Shown: piece by piece, positions 61,875-64,000 of the stretch
Layout: each line of letters starts with the position of its first letter
How positions within the stretch are numbered: position 1 is the stretch's first letter
The notes under the pieces: generated by a model
Databases searched by the model: none
Seen by the model: only the letters and a program-made list of their open reading frames with translations
What the model was told of the DNA's origin: nothing
Made by a program: the position numbers and the translations under genes
Assembly (NCBI GenBank): GCA_045629225.1
Contig: JAZQQU010000023.1
Coordinates: forward strand, 14,257-78,256
DNA length: 64,000 bases
Source: Bacteroidales bacterium
Lineage (GTDB): Bacteria; Bacteroidota; Bacteroidia; Bacteroidales; UBA3663
Direction of reading: 5' to 3'

Positions 61875-62096
61875 TGCCCGAGTTGCTGGCAAGAAATCCG
61901 ACAGCTCGAAAAGCCCGCCAGAGTTGCTGGCAAAAAAATCGACAGCTCGAAAAGCCCGCCAGAGTTGCTGACAAGGAATCCGACAGCTCGAAAAGCCCGC
62001 CAGAGTTGCTGACAAAAAAATCGACAGCTCGAAAAGCCCGCCAGAGTTGCTGGCAAGGAATCCGACAGCTCGAAAAGCCTGCCAGAGTTTGCTGAC
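61875..62096 (+). repeat. 41-bp-period tandem array 3 (about 5.3 near-identical units)
   Basis: GAGTT at 61880, 61921, 61962, 62003, 62044, 62085; unit GAGTTGCTGrCAArrAAwyCGACAGCTCGAAAAGCCCGCCA. Confidence 0.95.
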
Positions 62097-62383
62097 GTAA
62101 GATGCTATGCTCATGAGCGGTTTTCGCTCATCGGGAGTAAGCTCTGAGCGACATGACGAGGCTGAGTATTGCGAATTTGTGTGTTCACTATGGCTCAAAA
62201 CAGAATCAAATCGCCGAAAAATGGGTCATTTATTGACTACTTGCGCATTTCTGCTTTTTTATCACTGAATTTTTGCACGATAAATTTGGAAGTTTGGAAA
62301 AAAATCATTAATTTTGCAGCGCAATTCAGTATAGTGCAATTACTATCACACACATTAATAATCTTACAAAAACAAAACTTAAA

Positions 62384-64000
62384 ATGAATTTTAAACTACT
62401 GGTTGGCACCCTTGTGGCAAGTTGCTTGCAGAGCGTGTCGGCATGGGCGGCACATAATCCTGCGATGAATGTGGAGTATGTGGTGGAGGATTTTCAGTTT
62501 GGTTCCTGGAGTAAAGCCCAAATTCCTGGTGACTGCTTCCTCCCTGATGCAACAAAAGCCATTGTTAAAGTTTACAAAGCTCATTACATAGAGTTCTATT
62601 ACAGCGAGGATCAATGGGGCAATAGTGCGACTAAACTTGACCAAGTACCATATAAAGATCTTGATTTTACATACACTTATACGATTGAGGGCACTGAGAA
62701 TATAACGGCTGCTTGCAATGGCTATTATTGGGTTCATACTGACGATAATGCAGGTAAGATCCTCTCCATCACCAACTGCGATGCCAACTACGTAGATCCC
62801 ACCCCCGACAGCGGCGATGGTGGAGGTTCTGGAACAGGTGGAGGCGACATCAATCCCCCCGGCTATGAGCCCGACTACACGGGTCAGAACGATACAGACG
62901 ACAATGGTGTGCTCGAACCAGATGATACGAATCCTGCCTTCGGCGCCAAGGTGGATTATAAGAAGTTCCCACAGCTGACCGATGTCCCTTCGATGTACAT
63001 CACCGTCTATAAGACCACGGCAACTCCCGATGGACAGGGCGGTTACACCTACACCTACGATGTCAACCAGACCGAGGACATCTCGACTACGAAGCATGAC
63101 TGGTACTACCAGTGCCGCATCGTGATTGCCGACAAATATGGCAACATGAAGCAGCGCGACGAGCTGGTTGGCCTTCGTGGCCGTGGCAACTCTACCTGGA
63201 CGTGGGTACAGAGTGGCAAACGTGCGTTCCGACTGAAGTTCCCATCTAAGACCAAGCTGCTGGCCGAACAGGATGCTGAGCACAACGAGGTGAACAGCTT
63301 CGCCGATGCCAAGAGCTGGACCTTGATGGCCAACGCCTTCGACAAGACTCTTATCCACAACGCCTTCACCTACGAACTGGGCAAGGGCAAACTCACTAAC
63401 CTGCCTTTCTGTCCCGCCTATCGCTTCGTGGATCTCTTCGTCAATGGCACGTATTACGGCACCTATCAGGTCAGCGATCAGGTACAGGTCGATAAGAAGC
63501 GCGTCAACGTGAATAGCCAGACGGGCTGGTTCCTGGAGATGACGGCATCCAAGGGTGGCGACTTCCTGGAGGCTCCGTATGTCAACGTAGACAATGGTAA
63601 GCTGTACGCCAACGTGAAGAACCCTGAGGATGCTGTTGAAGGCACAGATACCTATAATGCGATGAAGGACTATCTGACCTCACTCTACAGCAAGCTCTCA
63701 AGCACATACGATTACGGTCACGACTTCTCGTTCAAGACCGGCTATCGCACTTTAGTTGACATGCCTTCGCTGATTGACTGGTTCATCGGAGAAGAGATTT
63801 CGGCCAACTATGATGGCACCTTCGGCAACATCTACACTTATCGTGAGGCAGAGAACGACAAGCTGCACTTCGGCCCTATGTGGGACCTCGACATCGCTTA
63901 CGGTGGACACGAGGGAGCGGCTATGAAAGAGATTCACATCTGGGATAACTCTGCACACCAATGGGAGGGCGTGAGCAATATGATGCGTACTCTCTATAGT
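62384..64000 (+). CDS. Secreted CotH kinase family protein (3' end beyond window)
   Basis: Not in ORF track; ATG 62384 MNFKLLVGTLVASCLQSVSAWA signal; in-frame RGRGNSTW, WTLMANAFDKTLIHN, YYGTYQVSD, FGPMWDLDIAYG; TAATTTTG promoter near 62308. Confidence 0.88.
   Translation, partial: MNFKLLVGTLVASCLQSVSAWAAHNPAMNVEYVVEDFQFGSWSKAQIPGDCFLPDATKAIVKVYKAHYIEFYYSEDQWGNSATKLDQVPYKDLDFTYTYTIEGTENITAACNGYYWVHTDDNAGKILSITNCDANYVDPTPDSGDGGGSGTGGGDINPPGYEPDYTGQNDTDDNGVLEPDDTNPAFGAKVDYKKFPQLTDVPSMYITVYKTTATPDGQGGYTYTYDVNQTEDISTTKHDWYYQCRIVIADKYGNMKQRDELVGLRGRGNSTWTWVQSGKRAFRLKFPSKTKLLAEQDAEHNEVNSFADAKSWTLMANAFDKTLIHNAFTYELGKGKLTNLPFCPAYRFVDLFVNGTYYGTYQVSDQVQVDKKRVNVNSQTGWFLEMTASKGGDFLEAPYVNVDNGKLYANVKNPEDAVEGTDTYNAMKDYLTSLYSKLSSTYDYGHDFSFKTGYRTLVDMPSLIDWFIGEEISANYDGTFGNIYTYREAENDKLHFGPMWDLDIAYGGHEGAAMKEIHIWDNSAHQWEGVSNMMRTLYS

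Noticed and set aside
5466-62096. 41-bp arrays as CRISPR arrays
   Set aside because: Units are head-to-tail with no unique spacers, and no cas genes are present
61802-62198. Short ORFs over array 3 (likewise 5444-5695 and 36443-37029)
   Set aside because: A 41-bp period shifts frame every unit and the ORFs occur on both strands; artefacts of the repeat
62396-63358. 320-aa minus-strand ORF
   Set aside because: Antisense shadow of the + strand CotH gene, which has clear motifs

Overview
Core chromosome of a Bacteroidales bacterium (Prevotellaceae-like), judged from TTTG-N20-TAnnTTTG promoters, DUF5686 and T9SS-type proteins. About 45 mostly housekeeping genes are present, including hisH (partial), lptD-like, topB, tdk, hrpB, nrdG, thrA, a compact rib operon, trmB, pepD, udk, ruvC, ilvE, rplY, pth, cca and aroB. 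The right end is accessory: a MoxR-like/vWA pair, two paralogous fimbrillin-like/DUF285 lipoproteins with a small unannotated peptide gene, and a truncated CotH kinase. I saw no rRNA, tRNA, transposase, integrase, cas or reverse transcriptase genes. The strongest signals are non-coding or cryptic: (1) three co-oriented intergenic arrays with a 41-bp period and two palindromes per unit; (2) a small-RNA candidate at 47.3 kb and an antisense 'sponge' candidate at 39.7 kb with nearly identical promoters; (3) a 5S rRNA loop E-like hairpin in the rplY (L25) leader; (4) a probable tubulin-like protein lacking both GTP-binding glycine loops; (5) phased 6/8/9-bp repeats, some inserted in frame in enzymes. 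All assignments come from reading motifs by eye; no searches were run.
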